This document shows positions 53,345-61,851 of a stretch of 64,000 bases of DNA, piece after piece. The DNA lies in assembly GCA_965247095.1 (NCBI GenBank), contig OZ251997.1, forward strand, positions 4,192,001 to 4,256,000, read 5' to 3'. Positions within the stretch are counted from its first letter, which is position 1; the number at the start of each line of letters is the position of its first letter. The translations under genes were made by a program, and so were the position numbers. The notes under the pieces were generated by a model. The model did no database searches, was not told the origin of the DNA, and saw only the letters and a list, made by a program, of their open reading frames with translations. This stretch comes from Candidatus Multivorans sp. Lineage in GTDB: Bacteria; Acidobacteriota; Thermoanaerobaculia; Multivoradales; Multivoraceae.

Positions 53345-54890
53345 TGTCCCATGACAGATGAGCCTGAAGGAGCGGCGTCAATCCCTCGAGAGATGAGCCT
53401 GAGAGTGGGTTGGGGATCATTGGAGGATGATCTTGCGACTCGATATCGAACGGCTGCGGACCCTCGACGAGGTCCGCGACTTCATGGTCGGCAGCGCGCC
53501 GGTCGACTTCCGCTTCGTGAAGCGGGCCCATGCGTACGATTTTGTGCGGCGGGTTCTGGTGCGTTCGCGCTACTTTCGACTGTCGAGGCCCGACAAGGGT
53601 CTGGTGCGGCGCTTCCTGGTCAAGGTGACGGGGTTCAGTCGGGCGCAGATCGCGCGGTTGATCTCTCAGTACCGGGATACGGGGCGCATCGAGGATCGGC
53701 GCCGGGGTCCGAAGCGTCCGTTTCCCCGGCGCTACACGAAGGCGGACATCGGTCTGCTGGCCGAGGTGGACGAGACCCTTGGCGGTCTGTGCGGCGCGGT
53801 CACTCGGCGCATGATGCAGCGCCAGTACGCGGTGTTCGGGGATGTGCGGTTCGAGCGTCTGGCGGGGCTCTCGAACAGCCATCTGTACCGGCTTCGCCAG
53901 TCGACAGCGTACCGGCGCCGTCGCCTGACGGTGGCCAGGACGCGGTCGACGCAGGTACGCATCGGGGAGCGCCGCAAGCCTCATCCCGCGGGTCGGCCGG
54001 GCTTTCTGCGAGTGGATTCGATCCATCAGGGCGACCTGGACGGGGAGAAGGGTCTGTACGAGATCAATCTTGTGGACGAGGTCACGCAGTACGAGTTCGT
54101 GGCCGCTGTAGAGGGCATTTCGGAGCGTTTCCTGGTTCCGGCCCTGGAAGGGTCGATCGAGGCTTTCCCCTTCATCATCCGCGGCTTCCACGCCGACAAC
54201 GGCTCCGAGTACATCAACTACCGGGTGGCCGCGCTGCTGCGCAAGCTGCACATCGAGGAGTTCACCAAGTCCCGCCCGAGGCGCTGCAACGACAACGCCC
54301 TGGTCGAGAGCAAGAACGCCTCGGTGGTGCGGCGGTACCTCGGCTACGACCACATTCCCCGGCGTCATGCCGCACTCGTCAACGACTTCCTGCGCGACGC
54401 GCTCGCTCCGTTCCTCAACTACCACCGGCCCTGCCACTTCCCCGTCGAGACGACAGACGCCAAGGGTCGCAAGCGAAAGACCTACCCCTTCGACAACGTC
54501 ACCACGCCCTACCTCAAGCTGAAGTCGCTCGACGGCGCCGCCCTCTGCCTGCGACAAGGCGTCACCTTCGAGAAACTCGACCAACAGGCCCTGGCACTCG
54601 ACGACCTCACCGCGGCCAGCGCCGTCAACGACGCCCTCGTCGCACTGTTCGCCGAAATCCACCGCCGCGAAGCCACCGTCGCATGAGCAAGCCGCCGCCG
54701 CCCCCGTCTCTCGCGCCTCGCGCCACGCACTTCGTGCACCTCCACCGCGGCTCGCGGTCCCCGCGCTACCGTTGGTCCCTGGTGCCGATCTCCGCTTCGC
54801 TTCGATCAGCAGCCCTGAAACTCGCCCCGCCGCACTCTCTCGCCGCAACTCCCGAAGGAGCCCCCTTCAGGCTCATCTCTGAATGGGACT
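53345..54890 (+). mobile_element. IS element 2 (same family as element 1)
   Basis: TIRs tgtcccatgacagatgagcctgaagg and ccttcaggctcatctctgaatgggact; extra internal agatgagcctga site near 53391. Confidence 0.78.
53427..54686 (+). CDS. DDE transposase / integrase core domain protein
   Basis: GFLRVDSIH, GFHADNGSEYIN and FTKSRP..CNDNALVESKN motifs; paralogue of 47586-48857. Confidence 0.9.
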   Translation: MILRLDIERLRTLDEVRDFMVGSAPVDFRFVKRAHAYDFVRRVLVRSRYFRLSRPDKGLVRRFLVKVTGFSRAQIARLISQYRDTGRIEDRRRGPKRPFPRRYTKADIGLLAEVDETLGGLCGAVTRRMMQRQYAVFGDVRFERLAGLSNSHLYRLRQSTAYRRRRLTVARTRSTQVRIGERRKPHPAGRPGFLRVDSIHQGDLDGEKGLYEINLVDEVTQYEFVAAVEGISERFLVPALEGSIEAFPFIIRGFHADNGSEYINYRVAALLRKLHIEEFTKSRPRRCNDNALVESKNASVVRRYLGYDHIPRRHAALVNDFLRDALAPFLNYHRPCHFPVETTDAKGRKRKTYPFDNVTTPYLKLKSLDGAALCLRQGVTFEKLDQQALALDDLTAASAVNDALVALFAEIHRREATVA

Positions 54891-54898
54891 ATGCTCGG

Positions 54899-56761
54899 GT
54901 GAAACAACAGGCGAGGATCGCAACCGTGGCGGCGGTGTTTGCAGCGGCCCTGCTTTCCTGCGGAGCGGCCTCGGACGGCGCGGGCGACGGCGACTGGCCC
55001 ATGTACCGGGGCGACGCGGCCGGTACGGGCTACTCGCCGCTCGACGAACTGAACGCCGCGAACGTCGCCGGTCTCGCGCAGGCCTGGAGCTACTCCCTGG
55101 CGTCGGCGCCGGTGGCCGGTGATGACGGAACCGAGCAGTCGCGGCCCGCCCGCTCCCAGGCGACGCCGATCGTCGTGGACGGCGTGATGTACCTGCCGAC
55201 GGCGGACGCGGTGGTCGCACTCGATCCGGCCACGGGCGAGGAGATCTGGCGGCGACCCGTGACCGGCGGAGCGCCGTCCCGCCGCGGTGTCTCGTTCTGG
55301 CCGGGCGGCGGCGCGGACGACCTCGCGCCCCGCATCCTGTTCTGCGCCGGCGAGCGGCTGATCGCGCTCGACGCCGCGTCCGGCGCGCCGGTCCCGGACT
55401 TCGGCAGCGGTGGCGAGGTCGACATCGGCGTGCCCTACAACTCGGTGCCCCTGGTGTGGGAGGACATCGTGGTCGTGGGCGCGAACACGCCGCGCGGGGC
55501 GCCGGGCGGCATCGGCAACGCGCGGGCCTTCAGCGCCGTGACTGGTGCGAAGCTGTGGGAGTTCAACTCCGTGCCGCAGCCGGGGGAGGTCGGCCATGAC
55601 ACCTGGGACGGCGACAGTTGGCGCGGCCGGCTGGGCGCGAACGCCTGGCCGTTCTACTTCACGGTCGACGACGAGCGGGAGCTCGTGTTCCTGCCGCTCG
55701 CTTCGCCGATTCCGTTCGCCTACGGCGGCGACCGGCCCGGGGCCAACCTGTTCGCCAACGCGGTGGTCGCGGTAAACCTCCGGACCGGCGAGTACCGCTG
55801 GCACTTCCAGACCATCCACCACGACATCTGGGACCACGACCCGCCGGCGCCGCCGGTGCTCTTCGACATCGAGCGCGGCGGCGAGACGATCGACGCCCTC
55901 GCGGTGACGACGAAGTCCGGCTATCTCTTCATCCTGAGCCGGGAGACCGGCGAACCGGTCTTCGGCGTCGAGGAGGCGCCGATGCCGGCTAGCGAGGCGC
56001 CCGGGGAACGGACCCACCCCACGCAACCGATTCCGGGGACACCGGCGTTGGCGCGGGTCGGCTACGTGCCGGCGGACCTGGTCAGTGCGGAGGACACGAC
56101 GGCGGAACACGCCGAAGCCTGCGCCGAACTCGTCGACAGCGCCGGTCCGCTCCACAACGAGGGTCCGTACACGCCGTGGCTTCACAAGGGCGACGGGGAC
56201 AGCGGCGCGACCCTGCTCTTCCCGGGGCTGGCAGGCGGCCCGAACTGGGGCGGCGTCGCGTTCGACCCGGCCAACCGCCGGCTGCTGGCCTTCAGCCAGG
56301 ACGTCGGCGCGATGGCCTGGGTGGAGGAGGATCCGGAGGCGGACCCCGCCACCTACGTCCTGCGGGTGGCCCGGCCGTTCTCCTTCGCGGTTCGCATCGG
56401 CGATCAGTCCTGGCCGTGCCAGAAGCCGCCGTGGGGTCAGGTGACCGCGGTTGACGCCGACACCGGCGAGGTCGCATGGCAGCGGCCGGTTGGGGTCACC
56501 GAAGGCCTGCCGGTCGAGAAGCAGGAGACCGGCCGTCCGGGCCGCGCCTCGGCGATCGTCACCGCCGGTGGCCTCGCCTTCATCGCCGCCACCGACGACC
56601 GTCGGTTTCGGGCGCTCGACGCCGCCACCGGCGACGAGTTGTGGTCGACGGAGTTGCCACTCCAGGGGAACGCGAATCCGCTGACCTACCTGGGCGTCGA
56701 CGGCCGGCAGTACCTGGCGATCGCGGCGACGGAGGAGGTGCTGGCGTTCCGGCTGCCGTAG
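54899..56761 (+). CDS. PQQ-dependent (quinoprotein glucose/quinate-like) dehydrogenase, lipoprotein
   Basis: DWPMYRGD..GTGYSPL, QATPIVVDG, WHFQTIHHDIWDHD, GGPNWGG and PCQKPPWG motifs. Confidence 0.87.
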   Translation: MKQQARIATVAAVFAAALLSCGAASDGAGDGDWPMYRGDAAGTGYSPLDELNAANVAGLAQAWSYSLASAPVAGDDGTEQSRPARSQATPIVVDGVMYLPTADAVVALDPATGEEIWRRPVTGGAPSRRGVSFWPGGGADDLAPRILFCAGERLIALDAASGAPVPDFGSGGEVDIGVPYNSVPLVWEDIVVVGANTPRGAPGGIGNARAFSAVTGAKLWEFNSVPQPGEVGHDTWDGDSWRGRLGANAWPFYFTVDDERELVFLPLASPIPFAYGGDRPGANLFANAVVAVNLRTGEYRWHFQTIHHDIWDHDPPAPPVLFDIERGGETIDALAVTTKSGYLFILSRETGEPVFGVEEAPMPASEAPGERTHPTQPIPGTPALARVGYVPADLVSAEDTTAEHAEACAELVDSAGPLHNEGPYTPWLHKGDGDSGATLLFPGLAGGPNWGGVAFDPANRRLLAFSQDVGAMAWVEEDPEADPATYVLRVARPFSFAVRIGDQSWPCQKPPWGQVTAVDADTGEVAWQRPVGVTEGLPVEKQETGRPGRASAIVTAGGLAFIAATDDRRFRALDAATGDELWSTELPLQGNANPLTYLGVDGRQYLAIAATEEVLAFRLP

Positions 56762-56777
56762 CGCTGCCGCTTCGCGG

Positions 56778-56808
56778 CGGATGCGGGCGAGACGCCCGCG
56801 TTCCCAGG
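56778..56808 (-). repeat. REP-like palindrome, family 1
   Basis: cggatgcgggcgagacgcccgcgttcccagg (reverse complement of the consensus). Confidence 0.88.
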
Positions 56809-56892
56809 TCGGACGCCGACGCGCTCAAAGCGCCGTTGCGGACTGTTACAGTTGCCGCTTGCGTTTGCAGCACCGGCGTAGCCGCGAGAGGG

Positions 56893-57948
56893 ATGTCTTC
56901 ACACGACGAGAGCAAGGGCCCGGAGGGTTACGATCAGCCTGCGGTTGAGGCTTGGATCGCCGAACACGTCGACGCCCTGCGACCGCCGCTCCGGTGGACG
57001 CGGCTCGAGGGCGGTCACTCGAATCTGACCTACCGGCTCGACGACGCCGACGGCAGGAAGGCGGTTATCCGGCGTCCGCCACAGGGCAAGCTGCTGCCCA
57101 AGGCGCACGACATGAGTCGCGAGTGGTCGTTGATCTCGGCGCTCGGGCCGACGCCGGTGCCGGTGCCGCCGGCGCTCGCGTTCTGCGAGAGCCCGGACAT
57201 CACCGGCGCCTGGTTCTACGTCATGGGCCTGGTCGACGGGCGCCCGCTCTACAGCTCCGTTCACACCGAGGAGTGGGTGCCCGAGGAGCGGCGCGTGAAG
57301 CTCGCGCATTCCTTCATCGACGTGCTTGCCGAGCTCCATGCCGTCGATCCGGATGAGGTGGGGCTCGGCGCGCTCGGCAAGCGGGACAGTTACGTTGGAC
57401 GGCAACTGCGGACCTGGTACCGGTCCTGGACCGCGTCCGTGGCGCCGGCGAACCTCGACGACCCGCGCGCCCACGAACTGCAGCGGTACTTCCTGGACCA
57501 TCTGCCGGACCAGGGGCCGGCGCGCGTCGTCCACGGCGACTACGGGCTGCACAACTGCCTCGTTGGACCGGAGTCTGTGATCGCCGCCGTCGTCGACTGG
57601 GAGATCTCGACCCTCGGCGATCCGCTGGCCGACCTCGCCTACGCGATGAACCAGTGGACGCCGGCGGTGAACACCATGCCGAGCGGCGGCGGCGGCGCCA
57701 CCGGGGCGCCCGGCTTTCCGGCGCGCGAGGCTCTTCTGGAGCGCTACGCCGAGCGCACCGGCAGGGATATCTCGCACCTCGACTACTACGTCGGCTTCAA
57801 CCGCTGGAAGTCGGCGGCGATCGTCCACGGCGTCTACGCGCGTTACATGGAAGGCAAGAAGAGCACCGAGGGCGTCGACATGGACGAGATGCGCCAGCGC
57901 ATCGTGAGGACGCTGGACCTGGCAGAAGAGGCGGTGAGCCGGCTCTGA
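56893..57948 (+). CDS. APH/phosphotransferase family protein
   Basis: GGHSNLTY, AHDMSRE, VHGDY and DWEISTLGDPLADL motifs. Confidence 0.88.
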   Translation: MSSHDESKGPEGYDQPAVEAWIAEHVDALRPPLRWTRLEGGHSNLTYRLDDADGRKAVIRRPPQGKLLPKAHDMSREWSLISALGPTPVPVPPALAFCESPDITGAWFYVMGLVDGRPLYSSVHTEEWVPEERRVKLAHSFIDVLAELHAVDPDEVGLGALGKRDSYVGRQLRTWYRSWTASVAPANLDDPRAHELQRYFLDHLPDQGPARVVHGDYGLHNCLVGPESVIAAVVDWEISTLGDPLADLAYAMNQWTPAVNTMPSGGGGATGAPGFPAREALLERYAERTGRDISHLDYYVGFNRWKSAAIVHGVYARYMEGKKSTEGVDMDEMRQRIVRTLDLAEEAVSRL

Positions 57949-57958
57949 GGAGACCAAC

Positions 57959-59203
57959 ATGAGCAAGCGGAAAGCCGCAGACGTCACCCCAACGAGAAGA
58001 CGACAGGAGCGGCCCAGCCGCCGTGCCTTCATGGGGCTTGCCGGTATGGCTGCCGCGGGCTCACTGGGCGCCGCCCGGGCGCAGACATCAGGTGAGATCC
58101 GGGATCTCGGCGAGACGCCCAGCGAGTACGGGCAGCCGTCGCCGTTTGCCGGCGCCAAGCGGTGGAGCCGCGCCCCAGACGCGACGGCGTCGTCCTCGAA
58201 CACGCCGCTCGCGGACACCGAGGGCATCGTCACGCCGTCCGGATTGCACTTCGAGCGCCATCACACCGGCGTACCGGGGATCGACCCGGACACCCACCGC
58301 CTGACCATCCACGGCCTGGTCGACCGGCCGCTGGTCTTCTCGATGGACGATCTGGTCCGCATGCCGTCGGTGTCCCGGTTCCACTTCATCGAGTGCTCGG
58401 GGAACAGCGCCCGCGAGTGGTCGCCGGCCGGCGCCGCGAGCGTGCAGCTCAGCCACGGGCTCGCGAGCTGCAGCGAGTGGACCGGCGTGCTGCTCGCGGA
58501 TCTGTTGGCCGAGGCCGGCGTCAAGCCGGAGGCGAGCTGGGTCGTCGCCGAAGGCGCCGACGCGGGCCTGATGAGCCGCAGCGTGCCGATCGAGAGGGCG
58601 CTCGACGACGTGATCATCGCTTACGGCCAGAACGGTGAGCCGGTGCGGCCCGAGCAGGGATATCCGCTGCGGCTACTGGCGCCGGGCTGCGAGGGCAGCG
58701 TCAACGTCAAGTGGCTGCGCCGGCTCGAGGTGGCGCACATGCCCTCGATGGCCCGTGACGAGACCTCCAAGTACACGGACCTCCTGCCCGACGGCAAGGC
58801 GCGCCAGTTCACCCTGGTCATGGACGCCAAGTCCGTGATCACGCGGCCCTCGGGCGAGCAGAAGCTGAACGGGCCTGGTTTCCACGAGATCCGCGGTCTG
58901 GCCTGGTCGGGCCGCGGCGCGATCAGCCGTGTCGAGGTGTCGACGGACGGCGGCCGCTCGTGGAGCGACGCCGAGATCGACGGCCCGCGCCACGCCAAGG
59001 CCTTCACCCGCTTCCGGTCGCCCTGGCGCTGGGACGGCGGCCGCCACGTCCTGATGTCCCGGGCCACCGATGACACCGGCTACGTGCAGCCGACCCTGGC
59101 CGCGCTGCTCGAGGCGAGGGGCCGGTCGACCATCTACCACAACAACCGGATCAAGGCCTGGGAGGTCAAGGAGTCGGGGGAGGTGACGAATGTCGAGGCC
59201 TAG
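57959..59203 (+). CDS. soxC: Sulfite dehydrogenase / SoxC molybdopterin subunit (Tat-exported)
   Basis: SRRAFM Tat motif, TPSGLHFERHH, IECSGN, GQNGEPVRPEQGYPLRL and KWLRR motifs. Confidence 0.88.
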   Translation: MSKRKAADVTPTRRRQERPSRRAFMGLAGMAAAGSLGAARAQTSGEIRDLGETPSEYGQPSPFAGAKRWSRAPDATASSSNTPLADTEGIVTPSGLHFERHHTGVPGIDPDTHRLTIHGLVDRPLVFSMDDLVRMPSVSRFHFIECSGNSAREWSPAGAASVQLSHGLASCSEWTGVLLADLLAEAGVKPEASWVVAEGADAGLMSRSVPIERALDDVIIAYGQNGEPVRPEQGYPLRLLAPGCEGSVNVKWLRRLEVAHMPSMARDETSKYTDLLPDGKARQFTLVMDAKSVITRPSGEQKLNGPGFHEIRGLAWSGRGAISRVEVSTDGGRSWSDAEIDGPRHAKAFTRFRSPWRWDGGRHVLMSRATDDTGYVQPTLAALLEARGRSTIYHNNRIKAWEVKESGEVTNVEA

Positions 59204-59825
59204 CGGACTGCACGGCAGAACGACCTGCAGCTCCGTTCCTGGGAACGCGGGCGTCTCGCCCGCATCCGGCGCGAAGCGCCGGCCCGTAGGCGCCAGTGCG
59301 ATCTTCCTGTTCGCCCTGCTCGGCGCCACGGGCATGGCTGTTGCCGCCGAGGAGTCGGAGCGCACCGGTCTCGGCCACGAAGCCACCGCCGCGGAACTCC
59401 AGGCGGCCGGCTTCACCGTCTTTCCCGACGGCAAGGGCTTGCCGGAAGGCCAGGGAACCGCGCGCGAGGGTAGGGCCGTCTACCAGCAATTCTGCGCCGC
59501 CTGCCATGGGCGAAACGCCGGCGGAGAGGACGCTGCGGCGCTGGTCGGCGGCCGCGGCAGCCTGACCTCGGAGCGGCCTCGGCGGACGGTTGAGAGCTAT
59601 TGGCCCTACGCCACGACCGTCTGGGACTACATCCGCCGCTCCATGCCCTACGAGGCGCCCGGCTCACTCACAGACGACGAGATCTACGCCGTCGTCGCCC
59701 ACCTGCTGCACCTCGGCGGGATCGTCGGCGAGGACGAAGTGCTCGACCGCGAGAGCCTGCCGCGGGTCGAGATGCCGAACCGCGACGGGTTCGTACCGGA
59801 CGACCGGCCCGACACGGGCCCTTAG
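59190..59825 (+). CDS. soxD: SoxD-like monoheme cytochrome c
   Basis: PDGKGLPEGQG, CAACHG, YWPYATTVWDYIRRSMP and MPNRDGF motifs; REP copy in the N-terminal region. Confidence 0.82.
   Translation: MSRPSGLHGRTTCSSVPGNAGVSPASGAKRRPVGASAIFLFALLGATGMAVAAEESERTGLGHEATAAELQAAGFTVFPDGKGLPEGQGTAREGRAVYQQFCAACHGRNAGGEDAAALVGGRGSLTSERPRRTVESYWPYATTVWDYIRRSMPYEAPGSLTDDEIYAVVAHLLHLGGIVGEDEVLDRESLPRVEMPNRDGFVPDDRPDTGP
59238..59270 (+). repeat. REP-like palindrome, family 1, in the SoxD N-terminal region
   Basis: cctgggaacgcgggcgtctcgcccgcatccggc. Confidence 0.88.
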
Positions 59826-59835
59826 CCCGACTATC

Positions 59836-59899
59836 GGTGTGCCGGCGTCTCCGTCGGCGCACCCAGCCCAGAGGCCGGCGGGGACGCCGGCGCACCCAG
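59836..59899. repeat. Inverted REP pair (REPIN-like) between convergent genes
   Basis: ggtgtgccggcgtctccgtcggc ... gccggcggggacgccggcgcacccag. Confidence 0.7.
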
Positions 59900-59926
59900 G
59901 GGACGACCGTTGCCGATCTTGACGCT

Positions 59927-60862
59927 CTACTGCAGTTGCAGTAGATCCTGTTGCCGGGCAGGCGACCGCTCGATCCGCGGATAGTCGGCGCCGACCGGAC
60001 ACACGAGTTGACAGCTCTGGCAGCCGGTGTAGGCGCCCTGCCGCTGGACGGTGAGGTTGTAGAAGATCTGCTGCGTCACCGGGCTCCTGGCGATCTCGAC
60101 TGCTTCGGCGGCGGACTTCGAATCGAACAGGTCCTCGAGATGCTCCACCATGCGATCGGGGCCGAAGGGCTGGCAAGCCCGGGCGCAGGCCTCGGCGTCG
60201 AGTCCTTGGACCTCGGCCAGCGGCGCCCCGGGGGGCGCCGACCTCGGAATCGCCCCAACGGGGCAGACCTCGGCGCAGCGGCCGCACTCCTCGAGTCCGG
60301 GGCAGAGTTCCTCGGTTAGTGGCTGCCCGCACTCGACAGCGGCATCGGTCAGGACCCCGGCGAGGAAGATCCGCGGACCGTACTCCGGGGTCAGGATCAT
60401 CTCGTTGAGGCCAAGCGTTCCCAGGCCGCTGGCGACCGCCGCCTGCCTCAGGAGCAGGGAACCCTGGCCGCCCGGACCGGCGTAGGCCATGGGCTGACGT
60501 CTGAGGTCCGGGATGGTCGCCGAGAGCACGCAGGCGATCGCGTCCCGCTGCTCCAGCCAGTAGGCGAGTTCGCCCGCGGCCTCCTCGAGATGGCGCGCCA
60601 CGCGGCCGTTGGCGTACTGGCGGAAGGCGGCGTCGGGCGAGCAGGCGACGCCGGTCGGGTAGCGCTTGGCGAGCACGATCAGGCGCGAGAGGTAGGTCGA
60701 GAGCTGCGACGGCTTGTCGTAGTCCGGCGCCTGCCCCTCCAGCTCCTGCCACGAGCAGAAACCGATCAGGTCGATGCCGAGGGTCTTCGCCTTCGCTTCG
60801 ATTGCCTCGGTGTTCAGCCTCGGGCCTGCGCCGTTGCCGTTTCTGCTCACCGGGTCGGTCAT
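59927..60862 (-). CDS. QueG/reductive-dehalogenase-like 2x[4Fe-4S] protein, paralogue C
   Basis: GLGTLGLNEMILTPEYGPR, CPGLEECGRCAEVCP and CQSCQLVCPVG motifs. Confidence 0.8.
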   Translation of the reverse strand: MTDPVSRNGNGAGPRLNTEAIEAKAKTLGIDLIGFCSWQELEGQAPDYDKPSQLSTYLSRLIVLAKRYPTGVACSPDAAFRQYANGRVARHLEEAAGELAYWLEQRDAIACVLSATIPDLRRQPMAYAGPGGQGSLLLRQAAVASGLGTLGLNEMILTPEYGPRIFLAGVLTDAAVECGQPLTEELCPGLEECGRCAEVCPVGAIPRSAPPGAPLAEVQGLDAEACARACQPFGPDRMVEHLEDLFDSKSAAEAVEIARSPVTQQIFYNLTVQRQGAYTGCQSCQLVCPVGADYPRIERSPARQQDLLQLQ

Positions 60863-61851
60863 CTGGCCCCTATGCGCACAAGATGATCGAAGTCGCGGTC
60901 GCGAATGTACTCCCGGTCCCGCTCGCTGGGCGGGCCGCGAAAGACGAGTTCGTGCTCCTCGTCGCCGCGGATGTGCACCACGCTGCCGGGCGGCAGGTCC
61001 TGCCGCCGGTAGGGGATGCGCATGACCTTGCGGATGTCCTTCGACCCCACCGGGCAGATGTACATGCACTCGAAGCAGGCGGCGAAGGCGCCGCGCTTAC
61101 TGTTCGTGGCGAGGAAGAAGTCCCGCCAGTAGCGGTTGTCGAGCACCTGGGAGACGTCGAGATCGATCTCGGCGCCCAGCAGCTTGCGCAGCACGACGTA
61201 CAGCGAGCGGATGCTGATGCGCATCGCCGCCTGCGAGCAGCCCCGCTGGTCGAGATCGCGGATGTCGTTGACGCTGCTCTCGTTCGACGCCTTGAGCGGA
61301 ATCGCCTGCGGCGGACAGATCACGGCGCAGCGGCCGCAGCGAAGCCCGGGGCAGAGGTCGTGGCCGAGAGGTTGGTCGGGTTCGAGTTCGGCGTCGGTGA
61401 TCAGCGCCCCCAGGTAGACGCGGGATCCGTACTCCGGGGTCAGGAAGTTGAGGTTGAGCCCGACGTGGCCGAGCCCTGCGAATTCGGCCGTCCACTTGAG
61501 ATCGAGCAGGCCGGCGCCGGTCCACTTCAAGTCGAGGTCGGCGTACTCGCCCGAGACCGGCAGGGCGCAGTGGCCGCGCTCCTCGAGCCACTCCGCGATC
61601 TCATAGGTGATCTCCTCGGCGGAGTCGAGTGAAAGGTGCGAGTTCGTCGACTGGGTCGCCACGTCCTGTAGCGCCATCGCGCCGGTCAGGAGGTGCTTGG
61701 TGACCACGACGATGCTCTTCATCCCCTCGCACAGGTAGTCCGGCACCTGCCCGCTCTGGGTGATGGCGGTGTAGGCCGCGACATCGGCGACGCCGACCGA
61801 ATCGGCGCCCCGCTCGAGCGCGAAACGGGCGAGTTGCTCCTTCAGGCTCAC
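60859..61851 (-). CDS. QueG/reductive-dehalogenase-like 2x[4Fe-4S] protein, paralogue B
   Basis: AGLGHVGLNLNFLTPEYGSR, CPGLRCGRCAVICP and CFECMYICPVG motifs. Confidence 0.8.
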   Translation of the reverse strand: MSLKEQLARFALERGADSVGVADVAAYTAITQSGQVPDYLCEGMKSIVVVTKHLLTGAMALQDVATQSTNSHLSLDSAEEITYEIAEWLEERGHCALPVSGEYADLDLKWTGAGLLDLKWTAEFAGLGHVGLNLNFLTPEYGSRVYLGALITDAELEPDQPLGHDLCPGLRCGRCAVICPPQAIPLKASNESSVNDIRDLDQRGCSQAAMRISIRSLYVVLRKLLGAEIDLDVSQVLDNRYWRDFFLATNSKRGAFAACFECMYICPVGSKDIRKVMRIPYRRQDLPPGSVVHIRGDEEHELVFRGPPSERDREYIRDRDFDHLVRIGAR

